Virus record (IMG/VR): IMGVR_UViG_3300003877_000001
Coordinates: 124,001 to 188,000 of that record
Length of the DNA stretch: 64,000 bases
Reading direction: 5' to 3' (one strand)
Below are positions 1-9,526 of the stretch, piece by piece (position 1 is the first letter of the stretch; every line of letters begins with the position of its first letter). The position numbers and the translations under genes are program-made. The notes beneath the pieces are model-generated. The model did no database searches and was not told where the DNA came from. It saw only the letters and a program-made list of their open reading frames with translations.

Positions 1-2
1 AT

Positions 3-668
3 ACATATGTATTTGAAATTATATATCCTGAAAATCGTATTGTTATTGATTATGGTAAGACTGAAGATTTGGTTCTTTTAGGTGTTATCAATACTGATGG
101 TGGTGATGAAATGTCATATGATGATATGGTGTATAATCACTCTGATGAATTTACTATTGTTGAAAAGTATGATGTAACATCTGATATTTCTAAATTAAAG
201 GAATTAGAAGAAGATAACAAAGAAGGATTTGTTGTACGTTATTCTAATGGCTTCCGTGTAAAAGTAAAATTCGATGAATATTGCAGATTACATAGAATCG
301 TTACTAACGTATCTAATAAGACAATTTGGGAATCATTGAAAAATGGTGAAGGATTGGATGAAGTTATTGATAGAGTTCCTGATGAATTCTACAATTGGGT
401 TAGACGTACTGAAAAGGGTTTAAATGATATGTATATTGAAATTGAAGTTGAAACATTACGTGAATTCGTTAGGGTAACTAATTTAGTTAGTTTGAAAAAT
501 GGATTTGATCCTTTTGAAAGAAAGAAAGAATTTGCTTTAATAGCAAAAGAATTTAAACATTCTGGATTATTATTTTCTATGTATAATAATAAAAATTATT
601 CTGAAGCAATTTGGAAAATGATTAAACCAGACTGGTCAACACCATTTAGAGATGGGTATGAAAATTAG
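3..668 (+). CDS. T4 Rnl1-like RNA ligase, 5'-truncated by window edge
   Basis: Frame is open from base 3 (TYVFEIIYPENRIVIDYG); nucleotidyltransferase motifs EGFVVRY and RVKVKFDEY. Confidence 0.8.
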   Translation, partial: TYVFEIIYPENRIVIDYGKTEDLVLLGVINTDGGDEMSYDDMVYNHSDEFTIVEKYDVTSDISKLKELEEDNKEGFVVRYSNGFRVKVKFDEYCRLHRIVTNVSNKTIWESLKNGEGLDEVIDRVPDEFYNWVRRTEKGLNDMYIEIEVETLREFVRVTNLVSLKNGFDPFERKKEFALIAKEFKHSGLLFSMYNNKNYSEAIWKMIKPDWSTPFRDGYEN

Positions 669-760
669 TAAAAATAAAGGGGCGATAATTCGCTCCTTTT
701 TCATTTTATAGTATTTTACATTAGATATAAAAGTATTTATATTTGTAGATAAATAAAAAA

Positions 761-1069
761 ATGGAACTAACAGAATACACTATATATAAACATAATAATA
801 AAGCATATTTGAGATTTGAAAGTACTGAAAGATTTTTATGGTTCTTCAAAAAACAAGTATATAGATTTATACCAAGAAAGCATCTCTACAATAGTAAGGG
901 AAAGAAAATCCGTAAGTGGACGATACATATGTTCCCAACTGAAATGAGTACATATTATGAGCATTTATTAGTGTGTGGGAATAAAAATGAAAGAGAAAAA
1001 TTTATTGAAAAATACCCACATATTCAACTATATTTAAACGAATTAAACACTTTTATTAAATTTTATTAA
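761..1069 (+). CDS. hypothetical protein
   Basis: 102-aa ORF with A-rich start context. Confidence 0.6.
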   Translation: MELTEYTIYKHNNKAYLRFESTERFLWFFKKQVYRFIPRKHLYNSKGKKIRKWTIHMFPTEMSTYYEHLLVCGNKNEREKFIEKYPHIQLYLNELNTFIKFY

Positions 1070-1074
1070 AAATT

Positions 1075-1102
1075 TGTAACCTTTTTCTTGCATGTTACGT
1101 AT
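1075..1102 (+). promoter_or_regulatory. ECF-like promoter TGTAAC-N17-CGTAT upstream of tRNA array 1 leader
   Basis: One of about 13 intergenic copies of the motif. Confidence 0.7.
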
Positions 1103-1128
1103 TTATAAACGATTTTTGTAAACAATTA

Positions 1129-1194
1129 ATGAAAAAAGATATTATAATAAGTAAAAAAGACATAACTGGTGGTAGTGTAATACCACCAAAATAA
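1129..1194 (+). CDS. short uORF MKKDIIISKKDITGGSVIPPK
   Basis: ATG just after the promoter; contains hairpin TGGTGGTA/TACCACCA. Confidence 0.45.
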   Translation: MKKDIIISKKDITGGSVIPPK

Positions 1195-1204
1195 ATTAGA
1201 AATC

Positions 1205-1288
1205 ATGACAAAAGTTAATACATATAAGAAATATAAAAACTATCCAGATACTGGATCAGGTATTCTATGTACTAACTTTGGTGGCTAA
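1205..1288 (+). CDS. attenuator leader peptide MTKVNTYKKYKNYPDTGSGILCTNFGG (Tyr/Lys-rich)
   Basis: Hand translation; 1253-1270 is complementary to 1305-1322 (antiterminator). Confidence 0.75.
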   Translation: MTKVNTYKKYKNYPDTGSGILCTNFGG

Positions 1289-1310
1289 AGCCATAAAGTT
1301 TAAAATATAG

Positions 1311-1344
1311 AAACCCTGATTCAGAAATGAGTCAGGGTTTTTTT
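1311..1344 (+). terminator. intrinsic terminator of attenuator 1
   Basis: AAACCCTGATTC-agaaat-GAGTCAGGGTTT followed by a T run, 10 nt before tRNA-Tyr. Confidence 0.85.
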
Positions 1345-1353
1345 ATGCCATAT

Positions 1354-1434
1354 TGTACGGTTGAACAGGTGGTGAGTTCCGCACACTGTAAATGTGCTGC
1401 TTCGGCTATGGGGGTTCGATTCCCTTCCGTACAA
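1354..1434 (+). tRNA. tRNA-Tyr(GTA)
   Basis: Acceptor TGTACGG/CCGTACA; anticodon arm GCACA-ctGTAaa-TGTGC; variable arm; TTCGA loop. Confidence 0.85.
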
Positions 1435-1618
1435 CAATTAACATTGTTAATTGAATTAGACTATATTAAAAAGTAATATAGTTCAAAAAACAATATTAAA
1501 ATTGTCATAGAATGGTACATGAAGGACTTATTGATAAAAATAATATAATTCCATTATCAGAATATTTACCTGATAATTGGAAAATTTATTATTATGGATA
1601 ATTTAAAATGATAAAATA

Positions 1619-1966
1619 ATGGTAAGGTTAAGTGAAATATTGCATGGAAGTGGTGTCTTTTCAAAAGACTTCAAAACTAGGATTGCCCAAAAGCAAATCA
1701 GAGTTAATGGAGAAACTATTGAAGGTGACATAGAGATTGACATAGATTTCATTCATAAGGATTTCTTTATGGATATTGGAGATTTAATGTTTAGCTTAAT
1801 GGATAGAGATATTTGGCAATTGCAGTTACAGATTTTCGGTATAGAAAATTTAGCAACATCAAATATTACCAATAGTTTAACTGAAGAATTAAGGAAGTTT
1901 CTAATGGTGAGAACTTCAAAGAAAAATGTTTTTGTAATTAAATTAAATGAAAAGCTGCTGAATTAG
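1619..1966 (+). CDS. S4-like RNA-binding domain protein (putative)
   Basis: N-terminus RLSEILHGSGVFSKDFKTRIAQKQIRVNGE resembles the S4 motif. Confidence 0.45.
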   Translation: MVRLSEILHGSGVFSKDFKTRIAQKQIRVNGETIEGDIEIDIDFIHKDFFMDIGDLMFSLMDRDIWQLQLQIFGIENLATSNITNSLTEELRKFLMVRTSKKNVFVIKLNEKLLN

Positions 1967-2163
1967 TTTGGATGTCCAAAGTAAAAACAAATGAATGGAT
2001 TGATAAAGTAAGAGCAAGATTAGGTGAACAAACACTTTTAAATGAATTTAATGGACAAAGAGATTTGTTCGAAGATAAAGAATTAATATAATGAGAACTA
2101 AATTTAAACATAAACAGTAGACCTTCTACATTTCCCCTTTCGGGTGTGTAGAGGTTCTCCTAT

Positions 2164-2236
2164 GCATCCGTAACTTAACTGGTAAAGTAGGTAACTCTTA
2201 ATTATCGAGATAAGGGTTCGACTCCCTTCGGATGCA
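2164..2236 (+). tRNA. tRNA-Lys(CTT)
   Basis: GCATCCG/CGGATGC; GGTAA-ctCTTaa-TTATC. Confidence 0.9.
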
Positions 2237-2398
2237 CAACACTACACATTGTGTAGTGTATCGCAAATCAAAATAAAAATTTTTAATTTGTTGATTATTA
2301 ATATATTATAATCAAATATCGTGTATTGCGATATGCGATATAGTAATAATTTGAGTAAAGTATTGTTTTTCGGTACTTATCTCTAAAAATTACTAAAT

Positions 2399-2481
2399 AC
2401 ATCGGTGGCAGAGAGGCTTATGCACCTGACTTTTAATCAGGGTTGTTCGCAACAACGTGGGTTCGAATCCCACCCGATGTA
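2399..2481 (+). tRNA. tRNA-Lys(TTT) with long variable arm
   Basis: ACATCGG/CCGATGT; CCTGA-ctTTTaa-TCAGG; V-arm GTTG-ttcg-CAAC. Confidence 0.85.
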
Positions 2482-2532
2482 CAATAATTATCTTTAAATT
2501 GTTTTAATTGTTACAATATAAAGATAAAATAT

Positions 2533-2605
2533 GCCATCATAACTCAATTGGTAGAGTATTCCGCTTTTAACGGAAGAGTTGAGGGTTCAAGTCCCTCTGG
2601 TGGTA
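2533..2605 (+). tRNA. tRNA-Lys(TTT)
   Basis: GCCATCA/TGGTGGT; TTCCG-ctTTTaa-CGGAA. Confidence 0.9.
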
Positions 2606-2654
2606 CTAGTTACTTTTGGTTTTTAAATAGTATTTATATTTAAAAGCTGATAAT

Positions 2655-3092
2655 ATGAAAAAAATATGTAGTAAATGTAAAGATGAAAAAGAGATTGATG
2701 AATTTAGTAAAAACAAATCTCGTAAAGATGGTCACAATAACTATTGTAAAGAATGTATGAGATCACATTCAAAAAAATATTATAGTGAGAATAATGAAAA
2801 AATGAGAAAACAAATAAGTATTGGAAATAAAAGAAGAATTGATGAAAATAGAAAAAAGATATTTGAATATAAATCAACCCATTCATGTGTAGATTGCGGT
2901 GAAGATGATCCAATAGTTTTACAGTTTGATCATCTTAATAATAAAAAATACCAACTTTCAACAATGACAAATGGTGGATACTCTTGGGAAACAATAATGA
3001 AAGAAATTAAAAAATGTGATGTGCGTTGTGCTAATTGTCATATGAGAAGAACAGCAACGCAATATAGTTGGTATGTTAATGAATTAAATTAA
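2655..3092 (+). CDS. HNH endonuclease with Zn-finger
   Basis: CxxC pairs; LQFDH...CANCH. Confidence 0.8.
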   Translation: MKKICSKCKDEKEIDEFSKNKSRKDGHNNYCKECMRSHSKKYYSENNEKMRKQISIGNKRRIDENRKKIFEYKSTHSCVDCGEDDPIVLQFDHLNNKKYQLSTMTNGGYSWETIMKEIKKCDVRCANCHMRRTATQYSWYVNELN

Positions 3093-3097
3093 AAATT

Positions 3098-3319
3098 ATG
3101 GAAACTAGATTATGGGAAATTGAATTTGTATCTTGTGAAGGGAATGATCGATGGTTAGTTGGTCGTTTTCCTGAAGAATATGAAGCATGGGAAGTTGAAT
3201 CTAGATTTAGAGAAACTTCTTATGGTTGTGGTGACGATCCAGCAGAATTTAGATCATGTGAATGGTATTGGGATCAATCTGTTGAAGCAAATGAAGATTG
3301 TTGCCATGATTATACTTGA
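3098..3319 (+). CDS. hypothetical acidic protein
   Basis: ORF with typical start context. Confidence 0.6.
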   Translation: METRLWEIEFVSCEGNDRWLVGRFPEEYEAWEVESRFRETSYGCGDDPAEFRSCEWYWDQSVEANEDCCHDYT

Positions 3320-3391
3320 ATAATGTAAAATATAATTTAATAATTGTTGTGTTTTTGTAACATATATCTTTATTTATACGTAAAAGAATGT

Positions 3392-3679
3392 ATGAAGAAA
3401 AAATTGATATACTACTCGCTATATTCGAATAAAGAACAGGACAGTCTAATTGCAATGGCTTATTCGGAAGAAGATTTAAAAGAACTTTGTTTAGAAAATA
3501 CTGAAGGTGTTCTATTTGAATATGATGTCGAACAAAAGGAAGGTCATATGGACACATTATTAAACGAAAGACTCTATAAAGGTAAGTTAAAATTAGCTAA
3601 AAAAGTAAAAACAAAAAAGAAAACAGAAGAAGATAATGACGAAATAATGCTCAATTCTGAAATAGGTGATTTAAGATAA
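3392..3679 (+). CDS. hypothetical protein
   Basis: ATG at 3392 follows the promoter motif at 3356-3383. Confidence 0.55.
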   Translation: MKKKLIYYSLYSNKEQDSLIAMAYSEEDLKELCLENTEGVLFEYDVEQKEGHMDTLLNERLYKGKLKLAKKVKTKKKTEEDNDEIMLNSEIGDLR

Positions 3680-3776
3680 ATCACTTTTTTTAAATTCTAT
3701 TGTCAAAATCTTGACAATACAAAATAATTGTTATATATTTACAGGATAATAATATTATTTTAATCCCTGTTTAAAA

Positions 3777-4544
3777 ATGACAAAGAAAAAAACGGTAAAA
3801 AAGACAACCACGACAACTGTGGTAACAGAAGAAGTTGTAGCAAGCAAGACCCAAATTGTTTGCATATTAGATGCTTCAAGTTCAATGAACTCAATTATAG
3901 ATGAAGCAAGAGATGGATTTAATAAATTCATTGATGATCAGAAAAAACTTGGTGATGAAGCATCTTTAACTGTTGCAACATTCTCTTCAGGTGGTGAAAA
4001 TAATGGTTATGAATTACTATTCAATGATGTTTCACTTAATAATGTAGAACATTTAACACAAGAAGATTGGTATGGTAATGGTCTGACTGCATTATATGAT
4101 GCAATTGGTAAAGCTATTACTGATATATCTGCTGCACATAAAAAAATGAAGAAAGCAGATAGACCAGATAAGGTTTTATTTGCAATTGTGACTGATGGGC
4201 ATGAAAATGCAAGTAGAGAATTCACTCAGAGTTCAATTAAGACACTTATTAGTAAACAAGAAAAGCAAGATTGGCAATTTCTTTATTTAGCTGCTGATCA
4301 AGATGCAACAGTTGCTTCAAGTGCAATTGGTGTTAGTCGTGGTAGTACGTTAAGCTATACCAATAGTACTACTGGAAATGCAGTAGTATTTGATACACTA
4401 TCAATGGCTTCAACTAATTATAGAGGTATGAGTAAATCTAGTGCAACTTTTACTAGTGATAGTGCAAATCTAATGTCAACAGTCACAGACGGTAGTGGTG
4501 TTGTTGGTGAGAAAAAAATAAATTCAGATAAAATTAAGAAATAA
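3777..4544 (+). CDS. von Willebrand factor A domain protein
   Basis: MIDAS ILDASSSM; TALYDAIG; IVTDGHEN. Confidence 0.85.
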   Translation: MTKKKTVKKTTTTTVVTEEVVASKTQIVCILDASSSMNSIIDEARDGFNKFIDDQKKLGDEASLTVATFSSGGENNGYELLFNDVSLNNVEHLTQEDWYGNGLTALYDAIGKAITDISAAHKKMKKADRPDKVLFAIVTDGHENASREFTQSSIKTLISKQEKQDWQFLYLAADQDATVASSAIGVSRGSTLSYTNSTTGNAVVFDTLSMASTNYRGMSKSSATFTSDSANLMSTVTDGSGVVGEKKINSDKIKK

Positions 4545-4572
4545 AATATTTTTTGTTTAATTGTTTAGGTTT

Positions 4573-4602
4573 AAAGGTGTCGAATTCGACACCTTTTTTT
4601 TT
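4573..4602 (+). terminator. intrinsic terminator
   Basis: AAAGGTGTCG-aatt-CGACACCTTT followed by a T run. Confidence 0.75.
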
Positions 4603-4820
4603 ATAAAAATTTTAATATGGTCATTGCCAGACAATTAAAGTTCTATTGTTTTTTATGAAAAAAATACATTAAAAAATAATTGAAAATAATTGCGTTTCTG
4701 CAAGAATATTTCAATCTTTGTGAGTATTTAAAAATACACCAATTTAATAATATAGGATAAAAGTTAATCAATTCTAACATTGAAATACTTAAATAACTTT
4801 AATAAAATTATATAAAATAC

Positions 4821-7800
4821 ATGGAAGAAACTTTAGAAGAACAACCTAAAGAGGGTAAAGTATATTCTAAATATACAAGAGATGAAATTCACGAAGCCAC
4901 ATTAGCCTATTTTAATGGCGATAATTTAGCAACAGAAGTTTGGATAAACAAATACTGTTTAAAAGATTCAGATGGTAATCTTTACGAAAAAACTCCTGAT
5001 GATATGCATTGGAGATTAGCAAAAGAATTAGCAAGAATAGAAAAGAAATATACAAACCCTTTATTCGCTGAAGAAATATACGAAAAAATCAAACATTTTA
5101 AGAAAATAGTTCCACAAGGTTCACCAATGTCAGGCATTGGAAATGATTTTCAAATTGTATCCATCTCAAATTGTTTTGTAATTGGTAATGAAAATGAAGC
5201 AGATTCATATGGTGGTATTTTTAAATTAGATCAGGAAATTGCACAACTACAAAAAAGAAGAGCAGGTGTTGGTGTAGATTTATCTTTTATAAGACCTGAA
5301 GGTTCACCTGTAAAAAATTCTGCATTAACATCAACAGGTATCGTTCCATTTATGGAAAGGTTCTCAAATACAACAAGAGAAGTTGCACAAGATGGTAGAC
5401 GTGGTGCTTTAATGGAATCTATTTCAATTAAACACCCAGATGCTGAAGCATTTATTGATGCCAAATTAGATGGTACTAAAGTAACAGGTGCAAATGTATC
5501 GGTTAAAATTGATGATGATTTTATGGAAGCTGCTACACAAGGCACAACCTATACACAACAATATCCAATAAATTCTAATAATCCAACATTTACTAAAGAA
5601 GTTAATGCATCTAAAATATGGAAAAAAATTATCCATAATGCATGGGATAAGGCAGAACCGGGTATTTTATATTGGGATACTTTAATTAATGAATCTGTTC
5701 CTGATTGTTATAGTGATTTAGGTTTTAAAACAATATCAACAAACCCTTGTCTTACTTTAGATTCGAACATAATGACAGATAAAGGTAATAAAACTGTTGA
5801 AGAATTGATTGGTGTTAAATTCATCGCAATGGTCGATGGTGGTTTTTATTCATCGACAGATAAAGGTTTTTTTATAACAGGTGAAAATAGAGATGTTTTT
5901 CAAATAACTACAAAAAAAGGATTTAAAATAAAGTCAACAGATAATCATGAATTTAAACAAGTACTTGAAATAAATAGAAATGATAAGAAATATAAATGGA
6001 CTGAATTAAAAAACTTTCAAATTGGTGATACTATTAATCTTAACAACAATATTGGGATGAATTGGAATGGAGAAGGAAATTTTGAAGAAGGTTGGTTAAT
6101 TGGAAGTTTATTAGGTGATGGAACATTCGATAATGAATCCGCAATTTTAAGATATTGGGGTGAAGATAGAAAAGAAACTAAAAATTATGCTATTGAATGT
6201 ATAAAAAATAATTTAAAATATAGATTGGATTTGGGTAACTCTAAAGATGATTTAGAAATCGAACAAGTTAAAAGTGTTAATTTAAAAAAATTATCATACG
6301 AATATGGTGTTTTAAATGATAAAAGAATTAACAATAAAATAGAAAAAGCAAGTAGTAAGTTTTATAAGGGATTCTTATGTGGGTGGTTTGATGCTGATGG
6401 AACTGTAAATAATAATATTGAAAAGGGTGTTAACGTTAGACTAGCATCATCAATTTTGGAAAATTTATATGTGGCACAAAGAATGTTATCTAAAATTGGT
6501 ATTATCTCAACCGTTTATGAAAATAGAAGAGAAGAACAATATAAAAAAATGCCCGATGGTAATGGTGGGTATAAAATGTATAAAACAAAGTCACAACATG
6601 AGTTATCAATATCTAAGGATAATCTATTAATCTTCCAAGAGGAAATAAATTTTATTGAAAATAGTAAAAAAAATAAATTAAAAAATGCTTTAAATAATTT
6701 AGATAGGGGGTTATATAGAGAAAGATTTGTTGATACTATTAAATCTATTGAATATGTTGGTGTTGAGAATGTTTATGATTGTCAAATCCCCGATAAAAAT
6801 GAATTTGATGCAAATGGGATTAGTACACATAATTGTGGTGAAATTCCTTTATGTGCAAATGATAGTTGTAGATTATTAGCTATTAATTTATTTGGTTACG
6901 TTGTAAATCCATTTACTGATAATGCTTTTTTTGATTGGGAATCTTTTAAAATAGATGTTAGAATTGCTGAAAAATTAATGGATGATATTATTGATCTTGA
7001 ATTAGAAAAAATAGATAAAATATTAGCTAAAATAGATTCCGATCCAGAAGATTTACACATTAGAGAAACCGAAAGAAATCTTTGGGTTAGTATTAAAGAT
7101 AAAGCAGAAAGAGGTCGTAGAACAGGATTAGGTATTACAGCAGAAGGTGATATGTTAGCTGCATTAGGTTTAACATATGGTACTGACGAAGCTAATAAAT
7201 TTTCAGAAGAAGTACATAAACAATTAAAACTTGAAGCATATCGTTCATCAGTATATATGGCAAGAGATAGAGGTGCTTTCCCAATGTATGATACTGAAAG
7301 AGAATTAAATAATCCATTTATTCAACGTATAAAAGACGAAGACTCTGATCTATATGATATGATGGTAATGTATGGTAGACGTAATCTAGCACTACTTACA
7401 ATAGCACCTACGGGTACAGTATCTATTATGACTCAAACTACATCAGGTATTGAACCTGTGTTCTTAGTTTATTATACTAGAAGAAGAAAAATAAATCCAA
7501 ATGATAAAAACGTTAGAGTTGATTTTACCGATGAATTAGGTGATACTTGGATGGAATATCCAGTATTTCATCATAATTTTGTTACTTGGTTAGAAGTTAA
7601 TGGTTACGATGTTGAAGATATTATTGAACACTATACTTCAGATCAAATTAACGAATTAGTTAAACTTTCACCATATTACGGTGCAACATCTAATGATGTT
7701 GATTGGGTTAAAAAAGTAGAAATGCAAGGAATGGTTCAAAAACATATTGATCATTCAATATCAGTTACTGTAAATCTCCCTAATGATGTAACTGAAGAAA

Positions 7801-8483
7801 CAGTTGCTAATGTATATGAAGCTGGTTGGAAACATGGATGTAAAGGAATTACTGTTTATCGTGATGGTTCACGTTCTGGTGTTTTAGTTACTGAAACAGA
7901 AAAGAAAAAGAAAGAAAAAGATAAGTTATTTAAAGATAATCATGCACCTAAAAGACCTAAAAGATTAAAAGCTGAAATTATAAGATTTCAAAATAATCTT
8001 GAAAAATGGATTGGTGTTGTTGGTATGATGGATGGAAGACCATATGAAGTTTTTACTGGTCGTATGCAAAATGGTTTATCTGAATTACCTACAAGTCTTA
8101 TTGAATGTGAAGTTGTTAAAGTAAGAGATGAAAATGGTATTAAAAGATATGATATTGAATATGTTGATTCTAATGGTGAAAAAGCTGTACATACAGGATT
8201 AAATCATACATTCAATGAAGAATATTGGAACTATGCTAAAATGATTAGTTCAGTATTACGTCATGGTATGCCAATAATCTATGTATTAGATTTAATACAA
8301 TCACTTAACTTAAATGATGAACATTTAAATACTTGGAAGAATGGTGTAGCTAGAGTAATAAAAAAATACATCAATGATGGTGAAAAGGGAAATGGTACAT
8401 GTCCAAATTGTGGGTCAGATAATTTAGAATATAAAGAAGGTTGCCTTACATGTGTATCATGTGGTAATAGTAAATGTGGATAA
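4821..8483 (+). CDS. nrdJ: class II (adenosylcobalamin-dependent) ribonucleotide reductase with intein
   Basis: SNCFV, TNP[intein]CGE, IAPTGT, KGITVYRDGSR; C-terminal CPxCG...EGC..C..CG. Confidence 0.9.
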   Translation: MEETLEEQPKEGKVYSKYTRDEIHEATLAYFNGDNLATEVWINKYCLKDSDGNLYEKTPDDMHWRLAKELARIEKKYTNPLFAEEIYEKIKHFKKIVPQGSPMSGIGNDFQIVSISNCFVIGNENEADSYGGIFKLDQEIAQLQKRRAGVGVDLSFIRPEGSPVKNSALTSTGIVPFMERFSNTTREVAQDGRRGALMESISIKHPDAEAFIDAKLDGTKVTGANVSVKIDDDFMEAATQGTTYTQQYPINSNNPTFTKEVNASKIWKKIIHNAWDKAEPGILYWDTLINESVPDCYSDLGFKTISTNPCLTLDSNIMTDKGNKTVEELIGVKFIAMVDGGFYSSTDKGFFITGENRDVFQITTKKGFKIKSTDNHEFKQVLEINRNDKKYKWTELKNFQIGDTINLNNNIGMNWNGEGNFEEGWLIGSLLGDGTFDNESAILRYWGEDRKETKNYAIECIKNNLKYRLDLGNSKDDLEIEQVKSVNLKKLSYEYGVLNDKRINNKIEKASSKFYKGFLCGWFDADGTVNNNIEKGVNVRLASSILENLYVAQRMLSKIGIISTVYENRREEQYKKMPDGNGGYKMYKTKSQHELSISKDNLLIFQEEINFIENSKKNKLKNALNNLDRGLYRERFVDTIKSIEYVGVENVYDCQIPDKNEFDANGISTHNCGEIPLCANDSCRLLAINLFGYVVNPFTDNAFFDWESFKIDVRIAEKLMDDIIDLELEKIDKILAKIDSDPEDLHIRETERNLWVSIKDKAERGRRTGLGITAEGDMLAALGLTYGTDEANKFSEEVHKQLKLEAYRSSVYMARDRGAFPMYDTERELNNPFIQRIKDEDSDLYDMMVMYGRRNLALLTIAPTGTVSIMTQTTSGIEPVFLVYYTRRRKINPNDKNVRVDFTDELGDTWMEYPVFHHNFVTWLEVNGYDVEDIIEHYTSDQINELVKLSPYYGATSNDVDWVKKVEMQGMVQKHIDHSISVTVNLPNDVTEETVANVYEAGWKHGCKGITVYRDGSRSGVLVTETEKKKKEKDKLFKDNHAPKRPKRLKAEIIRFQNNLEKWIGVVGMMDGRPYEVFTGRMQNGLSELPTSLIECEVVKVRDENGIKRYDIEYVDSNGEKAVHTGLNHTFNEEYWNYAKMISSVLRHGMPIIYVLDLIQSLNLNDEHLNTWKNGVARVIKKYINDGEKGNGTCPNCGSDNLEYKEGCLTCVSCGNSKCG
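5748..6833 (+). mobile_element. intein (362 aa) with LAGLIDADG endonuclease in nrdJ
   Basis: Begins CLTLDS after NP and ends THN before the catalytic C; motifs LIGSLLGDG and FLCGWFDADG. Confidence 0.92.
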
Positions 8484-8532
8484 ATGATAACACACACATA
8501 TTTAGGTAGAGAGGATTGGTTATATTCTCTCT

Positions 8533-9096
8533 ATGTTTTTGAACAAAAGAAACATGAATAATAAATTAAATTTAGAAATTGGTACTAAGTTTGGAAGGTG
8601 GGAAATTACTTCTGAAAGAACACAAAAAATTAGTAATATTACAAATTGGATTTGTAGATGTGAATGTGGACATGAACAATTTGTACCATTAAATAATCTA
8701 ATGAATGGTTCATCAACTCAATGTAATTCATGTGGTCATATTGAATCAGGTAAAAAAAGAAGAAAAGGATATGAATTAATTTCTGGTGATATGTGGTCAC
8801 AAATAAAAAAAAGAGCTGAAAGAAAAAATATTCCATTTGACTTGCGAATTGAAGAAGCATGGGATATCTTTGTATCACAAGATAGTAAATGTAATTTATC
8901 TAAAATCCCAATTAAATTATCTGGTTATCCATATGATAAAGATAAAACAACAGCTAAATTACAATTATTATTACCAGCATTGGGTTATAAAAAAGATAAT
9001 GTAATATGGGTACATAAAGATATAAGTAAAATGATTGGAAATTATAATGTTGATAAATTTTTAATGATAATGGAAGAGATATATGAAAACAGATAA
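8533..9096 (+). CDS. probable homing endonuclease-like protein
   Basis: GTKFGRW...WICRCECG...SCG N-terminal module; GYKKDNVIWVHK C-terminus. Confidence 0.6.
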   Translation: MFLNKRNMNNKLNLEIGTKFGRWEITSERTQKISNITNWICRCECGHEQFVPLNNLMNGSSTQCNSCGHIESGKKRRKGYELISGDMWSQIKKRAERKNIPFDLRIEEAWDIFVSQDSKCNLSKIPIKLSGYPYDKDKTTAKLQLLLPALGYKKDNVIWVHKDISKMIGNYNVDKFLMIMEEIYENR

Positions 9097-9440
9097 AACA
9101 GAAGAATCAGTAAATTACATGTATATTGAACCTAATTCGCATTTCTATACTGAATTAGAACAAATTAAACATTCATTAGAACTTGGATTACCAAGAGAGC
9201 GTGTAATAATTGGTCTTGAAAATTCCATAAAAATGGGATATCAAATAAATCAAGAACTTGATTGTGAGTGATTTGCTATAATTGTAAATATGATGGTAAT
9301 ATGGATTGGTTCTGGTTAGTTACCAATGAAGATGATTCAACAGTATGTTATTCAACATATGAACTATCATGAGAAGATTATAAAGACGATGATACATTAA
9401 TAGAAATTTATATTTGTCCTAAATGTAATACAGAACAATA

Positions 9441-9526
9441 ATATAGAGCGTTGCCGTAATGAGAAGAGGTTTCGAATCCAGTAAAATGGTAGGTCGTTGC
9501 GTAGGTTCGAATCCTACCCTCTATAT
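9441..9526 (+). ncRNA. tRNA-like element without a recognisable anticodon arm
   Basis: ATATAGAG/CTCTATAT closing stem; T-arm GTAGG-ttcgaat-CCTAC. Confidence 0.4.

Noticed and set aside
2119-2160. preQ1 riboswitch-like AGAGGTTCT
   Set aside because: It forms the 3' arm of a simple hairpin, lacks the downstream stem and A-rich tail, and precedes a tRNA
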